DNA of 64,000 nt from Raillietiella orientalis (Eukaryota). The notes beneath the pieces were generated by a model. The model was given only the letters and a program-made list of their open reading frames with translations. It did no database searches and had not been told where the DNA came from. Positions 13,004-26,100 of the stretch are shown here, piece by piece. Every line of letters starts with the position of its first letter. The stretch's first letter is position 1. The position numbers were made by a program, and so were the translations under genes. The DNA lies in the NCBI GenBank assembly GCA_036172245.1, contig JAYWIR010000001.1, forward strand, positions 1,984,001 to 2,048,000, given 5' to 3'.

Positions 13004-15429
13004 AGTAAAATTTGTTGGACCGACTTTAACGGCAGCGGTAGATCTCGGAAATTCATCCCATCCCTCGGCTGCTAGTTTCGCCGATACGAATGATGGTGGA
13101 GCATCCGATGTTGCCAGAAGGCTGTCCGATTCAGCTCAGCTGCCAGACAAATCGTTCTTCCATTCTGGTACGAGGCTCGCACTCTTGTCAACGCTGGTTG
13201 GGCCACTCGGAAACGAAGGCAAGAACTCTCTCTCTGGCTCCCGGAAGGCGCTAGCACGCACGCGCGTGGGCGAATTTCTCCTTCTCAGACGGATGACCAC
13301 CTGCTGGTCAGCGAGCGCCAGTCCGAACCGATTGCGGGGGAACGGAGGAGACCTCGTAAAGTTGCGGGGAGAAGCAACGAGAGCGAGGGCAGCACGAGAT
13401 GACGCACACCACCACCAAGCCGCCCACGGCTGGACCGAGTGTTGGTCGCCTCACGCGATGCCGGTGGTTCTTCCGAAAGGAACGTCGCCGGCACAGGGCT
13501 CGCAACCTGTCCGTGTTCAGCACACACCATCCACGTTCAAACAGGGGAGCCATTCGCTCCGCCTCGGCACGAGCACGCCAAGCAGCGAGAGCGCCTCCGT
13601 AATAGCAACCAGCCTTCCTCGTGCATCTTCATCACCTGGTCAGACAGACACGGGCTGGAAAGTGTGCTCCCGAAAGTGAAGCTGGGAGGAGGCGCTCTGG
13701 CATCGCTGTTCCCTCAAGGGAACCGGCAAGGAGAAGACTGAATGCGTTCTGCGGACGCTTCGGGTAGAGCACTCGCAGCTGACGGAATCATCTTTTGTCG
13801 GAAAGGCTGCAGGCTGGTCATCTGCGGCTTCTTTCGGGCATCCCGCGGCTCGCGGATCGAGGAGAAGGAGGAGGATGCTATCGGAAGCGACGATTGCCCG
13901 GTTCGGCTTCCCAGACCCCCAGTGGGGGACACGACGTACGTCACCCAAAGAGTAAGTTTCGTTCATCCGGACTTTTGGATCCGAAGGCACGCTCGCAGCC
14001 GAGCGAGGAACGCGGCCGTCCGATTCTCACGGTACGATCGCAAAACGACGAAACGACCTTTCAACTTCGACTTCGGCCGTGCCCCTCGTCGCAAAGCGTT
14101 CGGGCACGCACATCGTGTGACGCGTGCTCTGACGTGTAGTGACGCACATACACCCTTTCTCCTTGCTGCGTTACACCCATAATGTAAAAAGCATGAATCA
14201 ACTTTATGGCTGTTGTGCGAATCCAGGGCGCCAAGTTTCGTTCCGATAAAAGTGTACGTGCACACAAACACACATGGGTTTTTTTTTCCCCCAGTAAGAA
14301 AGCGAAGTTGAAACGACGTGGGTTCTTCCCAGAGAGAGAAAGATAAGCAGCAGCTCAGCTACCATCTCTCAGTCACTGACCTCTTCTGACATAGAACGCG
14401 CGTGTGTGCAACCAGCAATTCTTGTTTAACGACCCGAGCCTGATGTGACCGTGTGATGAGGGTAAAACCAAGAGTACCTAAGGGACAAAAAGCTGCTGCA
14501 TTCTGAAAAATCCGCATCGCCCTTGCGCACCTCTTCAGCTTTAGAAGCCGTGTGCGTAAAAACCAGATTTGAGAGTAGGGCGAGTCTCAGGATTAGGAAG
14601 GATGGCAGCAATCCATCGCAAGTTAGAAAGGTGGTTTCTGATCGAAAGAGGGGGTCTAGTCCGAAATCCCGAACGATCAAAGTCGATTCCGAGCGCCGGT
14701 CTGGGTCAACAGCTTTCGAGCAAGTGAGGTGCCTGTCTTCACCCGCTTGCGAGGGAGAACTTCCACAGGATCGTGAGAACTCTTGGCACACGTTGGGGAA
14801 CGCAGGAAAGCTGGGAGGTGCAGGAGAAGCAGACGCGCCCCCTGGGCATCGACCGTCCGCGTGGTGCAGAGCACGAGCGCGCACACGTCATCCGCGCAGA
14901 GGAAACGAAAGACTTGCTGCTGCGGCAGCAAAAGGCGAGGGAGCGGAAGATGAGCCTTTAATGAAGACCGAGGGAACTTTCCCTGCGGGAGCCCCTCTTA
15001 CGAGCTCGGAAAAGGAGGATCCTTTCTTCCCCTCGGGCAGGCAGGTGTGAGCCCGCAAGACATGCGACGAGAAGCACGCACGATTGCTTCAGGGTGCACG
15101 ACCACGTCGCTAAGGTCTCTTTGCCGACCAGCTTTGCACATCTGCGAAGCGTTAAAAAAAGAGAAAAAAAACGCTCCAGGACCTCTGACGTGGAACGGGT
15201 CGCAGATGCGGTGTCGCAGAGAGCACCTCAAGGATGTGCTCCAACGCATTCGAGTGCTGCATCTCATCACAGGCAGAAGAGAGTGAGTCGCACCGTAAAC
15301 ACATTCAGTACATCACGCGAGGCCACATCTTCAGCCATGGAGGAGTGCACGTGTTTGCCGATCTGAAAAGAGTTGAGTTGGTCTTGGGGGTTCCTCTTAG
15401 GATCATGGAAATCCTTTGGGGTTCTTCGG

Positions 15430-16150
15430 TTTTCTTTTTTTTTGTTGTTTTGCCAAGTGCTGAAGAACCGTTTGCTCCCCCAGAGGAGTGGGGGTTGGGA
15501 GGAGCTCATGAAGCTGTCCACGCCACCCGAGAGTGCATGTTGCTCTTCAAGGCATAAGGGGTAACCTCGTAGGGACCGCGCCATGAATCCAGGAAGGTTC
15601 CGGAGAAAGCAGTCCGTTCTTCTCACGCATGGGAGGGAGGAGCCTTTGCTCTGGTTGTCTCCGAAGGGACCCTCCGGTGGAGAGGGCATTCCTCGTTTCT
15701 TCTCCGGAAGGGAACCCGGAAAGGATCCGCTCCTGGAATTCCTTCTTCGAACAGAACTCGCAAGAAAGCCGCTCCTTGTTTCTTCCTCTGATGAGAACCC
15801 CGAAGGGATGTCTCCAAATTTCTCTGAAGGGTCGCTCCTCGAAGGGAGCAGCGCGCCTCCCGAGGAGGGTACCGACCAGTTCCATGGAGCAGCTCCATTT
15901 TCCCAAACTCGGCTCCCCGATTCCTGGAAGGACCCCGGAGGGTCAATCCGGACGGTCAAGAGAGTCATCCGGTGTCCACCAGCGCCGCATCAGCGTCGTT
16001 CTGCGGGGAGGGAGCTTGAAACCCACGTCGCAGCCCCCCTTTCCCCTCCTTCCCTTCGTTGTCAGCGCAGATCCTTCCCCCCCGGGCGGGATTCGAACCC
16101 GCGACACTCTGTGCCGCGGCGCGACTCTGGGCCCGAAATGGCGGATTTCA
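15430..16150 (-). mobile_element. tRNA-derived SINE, copy 2
   Basis: 15452-15997 aligns without gaps to 12332-12877 (offset 3120). Reverse B-box GGATTCGAACCC near 16089-16100. T-rich run at about 15430-15451 corresponds to an A-rich tail on the minus strand. Confidence 0.8.
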
Positions 16151-17160
16151 TGGAACGCTGGGTGTCTTTTACTGTCATCAGCCGGAATGAACTGGAGCAG
16201 CCACCAGAATCCCGAACCTCTCGAGGATGAGTGGACGTTGGCTTCGTTCGTCTTCAACCGCGCAGATCTGCAAGCACCGCACGTCCATTATTTGGGCACC
16301 CCCGAGTCAGCTCCTGAATCAGCACCGTCTTCGATGAGCGCTGAGCCTGTCTCAACTTCGCTCGTGAGAACGGCCCGTGGGAAATGTGATCTCGCGAGTT
16401 CGCACGCACCCTTTTGGTCTAGGCTCTTCGCTGCTGGACCGAGATGGGAGCATTCGATTTTTATTTTATTTTTATTTCATTTTATTTTCTCCTTCTCCCT
16501 CATTTCCGCCGTCCTCCTCGCTATCTCAAGATCAGCTGAAAGGCAGCAGCAGGGGCAGTACGGCCCAGGGCGGCTGCCTGCACGTACATCTTCACGATGA
16601 GGAGAAAAAAAATATATTGGCCGTGTCTCAATGTTCCGCTCGTTTCTTGCACAGAGAGAATCGTGATGAGGGGCTCTTTCGACACGTACGGATGGACTTT
16701 TCGTCGGAAGAAGTCTGCGGCGAAACTCCTTGGGATGGAACCTGATTTCGCTCGCAGCATCGTCTCTGGTTTTGGTGGTGCAGCCAGCATCGTGTCATGA
16801 CGACCGACGTAGGCAGAAATGCTGGTGGAAAGACGCGTGTCTTTTTCTCTTTTCCTTTTTTTTTTTTTTTTTTTTTTCTCATAGTAACACTCTAAGCGGT
16901 CCCAACATTATTTTCAACATCTTCTACTACATTTCTTTGGGGAGATCGAAAAGAATGAACCAAGAGAATGTGGCATGGGCAGGCAGCAGCACAGCAGCCC
17001 TCGTCAAACCTCCAACACGTCTGATATCCCTGAGCTTCCACTGGACTTCAGCTAATCTGTGGAGGAGGAGGAGGGTGGGGAAGGAACAGCCAAGAGACTG
17101 CTGCCGTCGGGAAGGAACAAAAGCCGAAGCTGATCCGCTGGCAGAAGCGACCGAGTTCCT

Positions 17161-20100
17161 TCAATACGGACCTTTGCTGGAGTCGAAAAAGGACAGGTTG
17201 TAGACGACGAAGTTCAGGATGATGGCCGCGACAGGAAACACGAAGGTCAGGGCCAAGCTGGTGACGAAGGACGTTTCCGGGCTGTTCAGGAACAGCTCGT
17301 AGCGCTCGAGAAGGTAGTGCGTTCCGTTGACGTAGCGGCAGCCGACTCGTGCCGTGCTCTCCAGGCAGCTGATGTCCAGGGTGCTGTTGATGTTGACCGG
17401 AACGTTGATCAGGTTGTCACGGAATTCGTTCTCATTGAGGGTGATGCCGGCGTAGTGATATATCATGATGTAACTCAGATACTGAAGCCACTCAGGAAGC
17501 CCGACATTCGTTCTGAAACACACCGCAGCCTTCGTTCCCTGACAGGACCAAAGTTTTGTGCGTTCCTCTCTTGTTTTGCATTTTTCCTTTTCCGCGTGCC
17601 GCGTATGTGTGTGCGCGCGCGCGCGCGTTGTTGTTGTTTAAGTAAAAAAAAAAAAAAAAAAAAACTTACTTCATGGTGCCGCTAGAGACTAGCAGATTGA
17701 AGATGCAGAAGCAAATTGTTGCGGTGATGGAAGTGCAGGCATTCTTGAAGATCAGCATGTTGGTGATGGTCAGCTGCTCAGCAAACGTGTAGCATGTCCA
17801 CATGGTGCCGAAGAACACGAGCCAGTGAGACAGCTCGGAGCGCAGCTTCGAACCCCTACGGAATAATGCAGAATCCGTTCACTGGCTCGCCGACTTGGCA
17901 GAGGGGTGTTGATCCTCTCAAAAGGGAACAGGTGGGAGAGGAGGAGGAAGAAAGAGGGGAGAGGAAGACGAAGAGGAAGGGGAGAAGAGAAGGAACGGAA
18001 GAAGGCGGAGAAGAAGAAAAAGGTAGGAGGAAGAAGGGAGGAAGAGGAGGAGGAGGAAGGTGAGAGGAGGAAGAGGAGAAAGGGACGAGGAAGAAAAAGA
18101 GGAAAGGGGGAGGGAGGAAAGAGGAGGGTCTAGAATCTCTGCATCTCCACTGGCACGAAAACGAACTTGGGCACGCGAAGCCAGCGCCACCAGGGATCGC
18201 AGGCGCACCCACAAGTCGGCTCCTCGTTTGCCCGTTTCAAGCCTCACTTGACCGCACCTGACCCTCTTTCGAATCTCCTCCTTCCGCGTCGTCGGTCGCT
18301 TCTTCGCAACCTGCCCCCCGCGGTGCCAGAGGAACGGATCCGTGCTGGACACTCCTTCGGCCCGGACCCACGACTTCTTCCCGATGGCGCGGAGGAGTCT
18401 TTTCATGCTCTCCACTTCCGGGAGAAGCAGGAGGAAAGCCAGAGACCGCCACATCCCGCTCCTGAGCGTCGGGACGAGGAGGAAAGCAGGGAACCGGGGA
18501 GCAGTTCCCGTTCGGCGGTGGACCACCGGCGGGCGGTTCTGCTCACCAGTAAATGATGGACGTGGCCGACAGCAGCTGGAACAGCTTCAGGGGAAAGCTG
18601 GCCGCGTTGTACATCAGCAGGAACCAGAAAGACTCGTACGACCCCTGGCTGCTGTCCTGGAGGTAGCAGTCCCGGTGCGGACGGTCTGGAAAGAGCGACC
18701 GATCGGTTGCGCGCGAGCTCGCTCGACCAGGGAGCGCAGGGGAGAGGAGAAAGGGAAAAAGATACTCACAGAGCGTGGACGTGGTCAGGACGGAGAGGCA
18801 CGTGGTGGCCACCAGGCACGAGAACAGCAGACCATTCCTTGTCAGGAAGGAGCGCTGGTAGCTCTGCAGCTCCCCGTAGAAGAGCCACAGGATGAAGAAG
18901 CATGTCGGGAGGAAGAAGGTGGCCAGGAAGAGCGAGAGGGCCTCGCGCACGCTGAAGAGGTTGCGGTAGAACCTCCTGGAATGAGGAAGAGAAAACTGAC
19001 GAGCCAGGGGAGACAGAACGCAAGCTTCTGACCCCTACTGCGACCCCGTGCCGGCCTGGGCCGCGCCGAAGGAGCTTTCTGGAGCCGCCCCGGACCATCC
19101 GAAGCGAGGGCTTTATGACGTCACTTCCCCGAGGGAGCAGTGACATCGCGAGCCCAACATGCCCTCCCTCTGTTCGGGGGGGAGGGAGGGGATCGCTACC
19201 CCCTCCCCCTCCCATCCCCTCGTGCGAGCTCAGTTACCTTGTCAGCGCCAACAGCACCGTCGTCTTCCCCGGAAACCCGTACGTCGCCAAGGGGACGGGA
19301 CCGTGGTCGAAGGCGACACCACCCCCAGGGTGAGGTGTCTCCTCGAAGGCATTCTCGGCCCGGAAGCGCCCTACCAGCTGCGCCACCTGCCCGCTGGAAC
19401 GCACGAACGTCTCCTCGCTCCGGCTGTCCGGGGTCGTCAGGGACACTGGAAAAGAACGATGCAGATCGGGAGTGAAGCCGCGGGTTGTTGCAGTGATGGA
19501 AGTGCAGGCATCCTTGATCGGGAGGGAGGCCGCGGGCCATCGTTGCGAAGGAAACGATGGCCCGCGGCTCCGCCAGAGGCCGCTTGTCGAGGCGGCGCGC
19601 CGCAGATCGCTCGGCCGGAACGGCAGCTCCGCCCGCGCGCAGCTGCGGAGCCGCGCCGGGCCAGGGAGGCCGCGGCCCGACCGACGCGAGCGAAGCCCCC
19701 CCCCCTCCCCCATCCCCGCGAGCGCGCGCGGGGGAGGCGAGCAGCCGATTGGACGGGTTCTTCGCTTCCCGCCGCCGCGCGGCACTGGCGACTCGGTCTC
19801 GCCTCATGCGAGAACTCGGTTGACAGCAGACGACCGCGTCGAGGCGCATCTTGCACGGCACGCTTGCTCGCTCGCCTCTCGAACGCGCACCTCGGGAGAG
19901 AGTGGGAGTCTCCGGCCCACGGGGAGTGGGGCTGACCGTTCTGGTCCTCCCGTGGGAACGGGGAGATGGGGAACGAAGCGTCCCTCCTCCGTGCGCCGCG
20001 GCAGCCCGGGAGGGCACGTCTCCCACGGCATCGGACTTGCGGGAGGCAGCGCCCTGCGGCTGCGTGGGGCGCACGAGAAGGGCGTCGAGCGGAGGCCGAC

Positions 20101-23100
20101 GGCGCACGCGAGGGGCAGCGGGCCGCACACTCTTGCCCCTGCCACGCGGTCTGGGAGCTCGCCTCCGGGCAACGGATGCCGTGGCGACGCTTCCGGTCTT
20201 GCGCAGAGCGTTACCTTCTGCCAGCCGCCACCGGAGAAGCGCGGCCGCCGCGGCGACCCCCGACAGAGGGCCCGCCCGTCGGCAGCAACGAATGTCCCGG
20301 CGACGGGGTCTCTCCTGCCGGGCGTAGGGCGTCGACGAGCCGCGGCGAAGATGCCGTCGGCGCCCTGTGCGTCGAGCACCCTGGTCAGCGCCGAAATCCC
20401 GAACCGCCATAAAAAATACACACACATTGTCCACTGTGTATATTTGTACACAGATTGACGCGTACATTCATGTGCATCAGAAGGATTATTTAGAATACGT
20501 GCACATGCCGGACACGTGTATTTGAACATAGATTGACATGTACATTCACGTATGTTAGAAGGATTATTAGAAACAAATACATACCCTCATTGCGCATATT
20601 GATGTGTATATTATGTATACATAACTATATATTATAAAGATTATTAAAAATAGGTGCATGTGCTCATTATGTATATTAATGTGTATATTTATATATAGAT
20701 TAATGTATGAATTGTTTTCACATACATCTTCTTTATTAATATTGATTAACATACATATTATTAATATGGCAATATGTTAATTACGTATATTCATGTATAG
20801 ATTAATGTGTATCAAGTGTATTATTAAAAATAAGTTCACATGCTCATGTATTAATATATTTATTTATATATATATCAAAGTACATTATAAAAATTACAGC
20901 AGATAAATATAGGTTTACCATGTATGTTAGAATGCATATTTATATATTGATGAATATACAAAATTTATTGTAACATACATATTTATTAATATTTATTGAC
21001 ATGCACACAACTACTATCAATATTATTCCAACATACATATTTAGTAACGTAATTAATAATATGTGTTAATTTTCAGTACGATTATTAGAAGAAAATATAT
21101 ATATTTATAGTTCGATATTCACACACTCATTTCATTTATATCTGCTATGCATATGACTGTACATCAATACATATACAGCAAACACACATTTATTCACGAC
21201 CTTTGGTGATTTGGGCGCTGGGGACTGCGTCGGCGCCGGACGCGCCTTCTGAGCGGACACCAGCGCCGCACGGCGGCGCGGGAGCGCCAGCTTCGTTTCC
21301 CCTCCCCTCCTCCAGCACCGATGGCCAAGCTGCCTCGCGTCGCCGCGGAGGCAGCTTGGCCATCGGTGCTGCTCGAGGGACACGAGCGACGAGCCTGCGG
21401 AGAGAGGAAGGAAGGAACCTGACCAACGCGCGCCCGCCGCCGGCTCTGCGGGAAGGCGCCAACCTCCTCCCCCTTCGTCCGCCCGCCCGCACACCGCAAG
21501 GCAAAGAAGCACGCGGGAGGAACCACTCACGGTAGTACGTCAGCGGGTTCTCCATTTCCGGACACGGAAAACCCATCTTCTTGAAGTGGTCCACCATCGC
21601 TCGCGAGCTGCCGGTGTACACGACGCTCCCCACGCTCAGGAACGTCACCCGGTCCAGGAAAGGGAAGATGTCTGATCTGGGATTGTCCGTCGTCATCACG
21701 ACGATCCGGTTGTACTTCTTCGCGTAGTTGCTCAAGATGGAGATGACCATGTAGCTGTTCAAGGCGTTGAGGTCCTTGGCGGGATCATCCAGGAGCAGCA
21801 TCACTGCGGCTCTCTGGCTCACAGGAAGTGAGGGGCGGGCCGGGAGCTCTCACCTGGATCCCGGAGGACGTGCAAGCCGATCACCAGCCTCCGACGCGCG
21901 CATTTGCTGAGCTTCTGGACGCTGCAGCTGGCCACCTGCTCGAGCGAAAAGTCGCTCAGGATGTTGCTGACCCTCTTCTTCTTCACGGAAAGAGGGATCT
22001 TCGAGCTGATCGTCAGGTAAACCTGGAGGAAATTCCCTATCATCCGCTCCTCGCAACAGCACAAGGGTTCGGGGGGGGGGGGGGATGGAGGAGGGAGTTG
22101 CGGATTGTCGAGGCTCCCGACCCTCTCGCGTCGAAGGGAGGATGCCGGCGTGCCCAGCTTCCCGCTCACGTCCCCGCGAATGTACTTGGCTACGGCGAAA
22201 CGATGACGACGCCCCTTTTCCCCCTCCGCCGCCCCGTGAACAGCAACCAAACCGCCCGGAATTTGGCCCCGCGGTGGCGGCAACGGGCGTCTCGGGTTCG
22301 AATCCTGCCAGGGGAAGCGTCGATGGCGAGAAGGGAGGGTGCGTCATGGGTTTCGAGTTCCACCAGCAAGATGACGCTGGCTGGACCATTCGGGTGCGGC
22401 ACTGGTGGAAGCCGGCGGCCCCCGCTGGCCGACCACGATTGGGAGCTCATCCTTCCGGAGTCCTTCCGGGAATCAAGAAGCCCTTTGAGATTCCTCATCC
22501 GGTTGTTCAAATGGGACCCGACCTCCCCACTGGGGGGTCCTCTCCAGAGTGTCACGCTGGCATCTCCCACTCTTTGGTGATTCGGGACGAAAGAATGGGC
22601 AAGAGACGCAAGATTCTCCTCTAGCTGGACAGCCGTCGGATTAAAGACGATAAAGATCGAAAAACCTACAAGAATTTTTTAAAACCAATGGTGCAACCAC
22701 CCACGAGAGTTACAGTCCCTATCGATCCCATCGATCCCCATTCTTATTTATTAAATTCTAAAGATAACACGCACGTATAAAAACGGGCTCAAAGCATTGA
22801 TTTTGGTTAAACAAAAGATGCACTCGGTCTCGACCTACCCTCAAAAACCAAAATAAATGAGTTTCTTCGATCGAGGCGTCATGTCCAGCACCCACTGCCG
22901 AGCCAAATACGAGCAAGACGAAACGGTTGGGCCCACGCCCCACTCGTGGTTCGTCTTTCTTGGGAGGGCAGGGACTCTGGCCGGGACGTAGGACGGCATA
23001 AGCGAAAGGGTTGGACAGAGGGCAAGAAGTTCCCTTCAGATTTGAATATGCGGAAGGGAAGAGGAGGAGGAGGTGAGGGATAGAAGAGTCACTGGAGGTA

Positions 23101-26100
23101 TAAGGCTTGTTAGAACCTTATGGGCGCTATGGACGCATCTATGCGTCTGACAACTGCTTTTGCCTCGTGCACGCGCCAAAAGTGAACACTCTCCATGTTT
23201 GAGATGGACGCATGCACTTCTTACCATTTCTTATCGTTCCCTTGGCGACGACAGTGAACGAAATGCCACTCATATCTTCTGACCGTTCGCCGGTTTTTCT
23301 CGGTGTCGTACGGAATTCATCACAGTGTGTTTTTCACCTCTGCGATGTCTTAAAAATGGGAATGAGTTTTCGATTGGATTGGAATTAGAATTTCTAAATG
23401 AACAACATGTGTTTGGGAGAAGCGAAAAATTTTTTCATCTAATGCGGTGCAAATGAACAACTCCAATGGCAGCTTCGTAAAGTCAGCACTTTGTAAAAAG
23501 TCAATCGGTGGCACCGCTGATGGCGCACGCGGAACGCGAAAGGGCAGTGCGTCCACAGAGGTCGCCACTGCGACTCGCGTGCCGTCAACGCAGGACGTTT
23601 CCGTCCGACGAGCTCCGCACCCAAAGGGTTAATGACGGACAAAGTCCACAAGGTGAAGAGATCCAAATATCTTCTGGTGCTCCTGGTGGCCACGCGGAGG
23701 GGCTTTCGCGGGGGAAACGAAGGTGCGGTGCGCGAACCATCTGGTGGGACTCAGGTGAAACGAAAATGGAAGCGGGAGGAATGGTTTCGACGCTCTCCGG
23801 AAGACGCGAACCGATGAAGGGTTGCCCACTATTTGGTGTCTGACCCGCTGAGTCCCTGACCGTGGACCAGGAGGGGGGAACGGCACACGCCTCTGGGAGG
23901 TCAGACCTCGTCCTGCTGTTTTCAGTACGGAAGTTTGGCACGGAAGCGTCACCACGGGTACGGTGCAGGTCGACACCCGGAGGAGACGACTCGCGGAAGA
24001 GGGCCAGCCGCGCATCTTGCAGAGCCGGCGCTGCGACAACGCGAAGCGCACACCCGGCGTCGCCATGGTCCGGAGAGGAAGTTTCCCTGGTTGCCGTCCC
24101 CTTTCGAACGAAGCGTGGCCGCTGGCGAAGTTCGCGATGATCACGCCAGATGGTGTTGAACGAAGCCACCTAGTCGCACGCCTCTTTTCTCCTCCTCCTT
24201 CTTAAGGAAGGGATGGCGAGGATTCCACTGAGTACGGTAGTCGCGGGTGGAATTTTCGCGGTCCTGGCAGGACCGCGGCACGCGCGGAGGAGCGGTGGAA
24301 AAGACGGAAATCCGAGAAGCAGAGGCGTCAAAAACGGATCTCCTTGTCCAGGATGCGCGCGATCCTCTTTGGAAGAGGCGACGAGACGCAGCTCCGCGCA
24401 ACGCTCGCTGAGCAGAAACGCAAGCGCCGAGTCCCCGTGGAAACGGCGGCAGCAGGCGGGTTGCTGGTGCCTGCCCAGGGAAGGCTGCGATCTGGCGTTC
24501 GGCGTGGCCCACGACTCGAGAACCTCCGGAGCGAGCGGAGTGCGCGCGCATATGGAAGGAGGTCGCAGAGGTGACCTTGGGGCATTTTGCCCCTTCCTGC
24601 GGAAGCTTACCGTCTTTCACGCACGGACCCGGGCTCTGCTCTTGACGCATCACCTGTGAAGCCGCTCGGACGCATGCCGAGATGCCTGGGGCTGAGTGCG
24701 CTAAGGCTGGCTCTCCACGGGTGGAGGCGCTGGCCTCCAGGGTGCAGCGCCCATGAGACAGGAGAGGGAAGAAGGAAGAGGAGTCTTCGTCGTCGACAGA
24801 TGCGATCCCTGAGACCGGGACCGAGAGACCCTTGCCGGCCTTTCTCCCTGGTCCTTCCTTTCCCCGGATTTCGAAGGAAGCGAAGCGACGGCGGCGTAGT
24901 TCCGAGAGTTGCCGTCTCGGCGCGCTCCTCGCTCGCTCGCGTGGGATCGACGCGAGGTGGCAGCAGCGCCCGCCGGCAGCCGAAGCAGCGAGATACGGGG
25001 TGGCCAGTGGGCGCGTTGATTGGAGGAGGAAGGAGCGGCGGCTGGCCGAATAGGCGGCCTGTGAAATCGCAAGTCACGTCCGCGAGCTCGGGAGGCGCGC
25101 GATGCTGGCTCTCCCTACCCTCCCAACGGCCCTCCCCGGATGCTGCACCTTGCGGGCTCGGAAGTTGCGACGAGCCCCCACTGCAGAGCCCTAACGAGGG
25201 GTGGTGTCGCGGACGGAAGGGGCAGAGGGACAGGGTGGGTCAGCAGATCTCGCCCTCCTCCTCCTGACCTTTGGCACGCCCTCCTCCCCCCCCCCCCGGA
25301 AGCATGGGCCTTGGAGAAAGCTCTGGTCTTCGCCGCGGACCCCAGAGGCCGCGCGCGCGAGCGCACGCCTCCGTGCGGAACAGCGGTGACGGCATCGGTC
25401 ACGGTGAGCAATCGGTTCGCATCAGCTGCCGCGACTCTCCCCGTCCTGCCCACCAGCAACGCACGGAAGGAGAGGGAGCGGGGGCGTAACCGAAACAAAA
25501 AAAAAGACTTTCCGCGTGCCGCAGGACGAGAGACTGCCCTGCCGAGCACGAGGGCACCTGGGGGAGCACGAGCGTATCAGCAGCAGCAGCAGACGGAGCA
25601 ACAGGCACACGGACGCAGGCGAGCAAGAGTTTGCCTCCTCCTCCTCCTCCCACCCATCACCGGGGTGAGAAAGCGGAAGCACGCGATCACCCGACCGTTC
25701 CCGTGCTGGCGTTTCGAGCGCGCGCACTCTCCCGGCCGGAAAGCAAGTGCCTCCGCCGCCGCTGCCAGGAGAAAGCGCCAGCGTCGCGACCTTTGGAGCG
25801 TTTAGGTCCGATCCGGCCTCGGAGTCTGCACCGGATTCTCCTCCTTTCACCTGTCGCCGCTGGACAGCTGTCTGCCTCGTTTGCTTTCGTTCTTTTCTTT
25901 CTTTCTTTCCTTTTGTGTGCGTGTGTGTGGGCGTTAACGATAGCGACTGGCTGCCACGGACGACAACCGGCGGAAACACGTCGCAGCTACCACTGGCTGT
26001 GCAACTCCCCCATCCCCACCCCGCCTCCCTTTTCGAGCCCACAGGTGGTCAGAAACCCACTCCGCGAGGCGGACATTCACAAAAACGGTTGCGTAGACTC

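Noticed and set aside
12463-16600. Duplicated ORFs MNPGRF.../MGGRSLC... suggesting a tandem gene pair or the LTRs of one retroelement
   Set aside because: They lie within SINE copies (B-box head, TSD around copy 1 alone). There are no TG..CA ends and no gag/pol between them.
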